From an uncultured delta proteobacterium (GTDB taxonomy: Bacteria; Desulfobacterota; Binatia; Binatales; Binataceae): a stretch of DNA of 64,000 nt. The position numbers were made by a program, and so were the translations under genes. Of this stretch, positions 62,562 to 64,000 are shown one piece after another. The stretch lies in NCBI GenBank assembly GCA_963724765.1, contig CAVRVY010000001.1, positions 192,001 through 256,000 of the forward strand. The letters are read 5' to 3'. Every line of letters starts with the position of its first letter. Position 1 is the first letter of the stretch. The notes beneath the pieces were generated by a model, which was not told the DNA's origin, did not search any database, and worked only from the letters and a program-made list of their open reading frames with translations.

Positions 62562-64000
62562 ATGGCCGAGATCCAAGTCGCGCCAACCGCCGAGGCCCAT
62601 GAGAAGATGGGCTTTTGGCGAGCATATTTATTTTCTGTCGACCACAAGGTCATCGCCAAGCAGTACCTGTTTCTGGGCCTGTTCATGGGGTTTGTGGGCG
62701 TGGGCCTGTCGTACGTCTTCCGTTGGCAGCTCGCCTGGCCCGGCACCGCCGTCCCCGGCTGGGGGAAGGTAACCGCGGCACAATATTACGAACTCGTCAC
62801 GATGCACGGAACGATAATGGTCTTCTTCGTGGCGATGCCGATTCTGCTTGGCGCTTTCGGCAATTTCCTCATCCCGCTGATGATCGGCGCGCGCGACATG
62901 GCCTTCCCGCGGCTCAACATGGTCTCGTTCTGGACGATTTTCGTGGGCTCGGTACTCCTGCTTATTTCGTTTTTCGTACCTGGCGGCGCGTCGCGCGCGG
63001 GCTGGACCGACTACGTTCCATTGTCCGACGCCTCAAAGTATCTCCCAGGAAATTACTGGGGCGGAAACCTCTGGTTGATCGCCGTAGCGATCGATTTCGC
63101 TTCGGTCCTGATGGGCGGGATCAACTTTCTCACCACGGCAATCGCGATGCGCGCGCCGGGGATGACGATGTGGCGAATGCCGCTGTTGGTCTGGCAGGAG
63201 CTGGTGGCGAGCGTGTTGTTCATGCTGAGCGTCGGACCGCTCATCGCCGGCGTGGTGATGCTACTGTTTGACCGGATAGTGGGGACAGGTTTCTTCCTTC
63301 CGGAAAAGGGCGCCGATCCGCTGCTTTGGCAACACCTGTTCTGGTTCTTCGGCCATCCGGAGGTCTACGTAGTCGCCGTGCCGGGACTTGGGATCGTGAT
63401 GGAGATACTCCCCGTATTCAGCCGCAAGCCGATCTTTGGCTATCGCATGATCGTGTGGTCCACGATTGCTGCGGGTACCCTCAGCTTCATGGTGTGGGCA
63501 CACCATATGTTCGTGAGCGGGCTGGACCCGACGCTGGCGGCGCCTTTCAGCGCGACTACGATCGCGATTTCCATCCCGTTCGCGGTGATGCTGTTTGCGA
63601 TGATCGCGACGCTGTGGCGCGCTCAGATTAGGTTCTCAACGCCGATGCTGTTCGCGCTGGGCGCGCTGGCGAATTTCCTACTCGGCGGCGTAACCGGCAT
63701 TCCTCTGGGGACGGACGCCGCCGACATCTATCTGCACGACAGTTACTTTGTAATCGCCCATTTCCACAACACTCTCGTGCCGACCGCGGTCATCGCGGGA
63801 TTTGGCGGGATCTACTACTGGTTTCCGAAGATGTTCGGCCGCATGATGAACGAGACCTGGGGCAAAGTGCACTTCATCTTCACCTGGGTCGGCTTCAACT
63901 TGGTTTTCATTCCGCTCTTCCTCATCGGCTTGGGCGGCGGCCAGCGCCGAATGTACATGTTGAAGGCATATACTTACTACAAGCCGCTCCAGCCGCTGCA
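62562..64000 (+). CDS. coxA: Cytochrome c oxidase subunit I, type A1 (runs off window)
   Basis: Translated by hand: DHKVI, TMHGTIMVFF, DMAFPRLN, LFWFFGHPEVY, VWAHHM, HDSYFVIAHFH. Confidence 0.93.
   Translation, partial: MAEIQVAPTAEAHEKMGFWRAYLFSVDHKVIAKQYLFLGLFMGFVGVGLSYVFRWQLAWPGTAVPGWGKVTAAQYYELVTMHGTIMVFFVAMPILLGAFGNFLIPLMIGARDMAFPRLNMVSFWTIFVGSVLLLISFFVPGGASRAGWTDYVPLSDASKYLPGNYWGGNLWLIAVAIDFASVLMGGINFLTTAIAMRAPGMTMWRMPLLVWQELVASVLFMLSVGPLIAGVVMLLFDRIVGTGFFLPEKGADPLLWQHLFWFFGHPEVYVVAVPGLGIVMEILPVFSRKPIFGYRMIVWSTIAAGTLSFMVWAHHMFVSGLDPTLAAPFSATTIAISIPFAVMLFAMIATLWRAQIRFSTPMLFALGALANFLLGGVTGIPLGTDAADIYLHDSYFVIAHFHNTLVPTAVIAGFGGIYYWFPKMFGRMMNETWGKVHFIFTWVGFNLVFIPLFLIGLGGGQRRMYMLKAYTYYKPLQPL

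Overview
GC-rich, highly mosaic bacterial region. The gene content is suggestive of a Deltaproteobacteria-related lineage such as Candidatus Binatota, but that is inference only. Intact modules: a secreted di-heme (DHOR-family) protein; an HPr-like protein lacking His15; a VWA protein; a CzcC-B-B-A heavy-metal RND efflux operon with two adaptor genes; a complete N-type ATPase operon (atpD-C-Q-R-B-E-F-A-G); an HTH-EIIA / pckG / PWWP-Tudor-like / C2H2-like operon, part of which is duplicated 16 kb away; a TetR-LLM-SnoaL-acyl-CoA dehydrogenase cluster; an IS21; a sigma-54 activator; three Hsp20 genes plus a DnaJ-domain gene; PFOR with a DHODH-like partner; and the start of an A1-type cytochrome c oxidase operon. 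Between these lie many pseudogenes and mobile remnants: six pieces of one TGT...ACA integrase-core IS family, an IS5-type fragment, a group II intron remnant inside ardC, and Mrr-like and recombinase fragments. The most unusual items are (i) a secreted 459-aa protein with eight 30-31 aa tryptophan-rich repeats followed by a His-bearing 11-residue coiled coil, and (ii) the pckG operon encoding a PWWP/Tudor-like protein and a C2H2-like zinc-finger protein, headed by a Xis/BldC-type HTH-EIIA fusion with phased TTTAC repeats upstream. All family calls come from motif recognition by eye; no database searches were run. No rRNA, tRNA or CRISPR array was seen.
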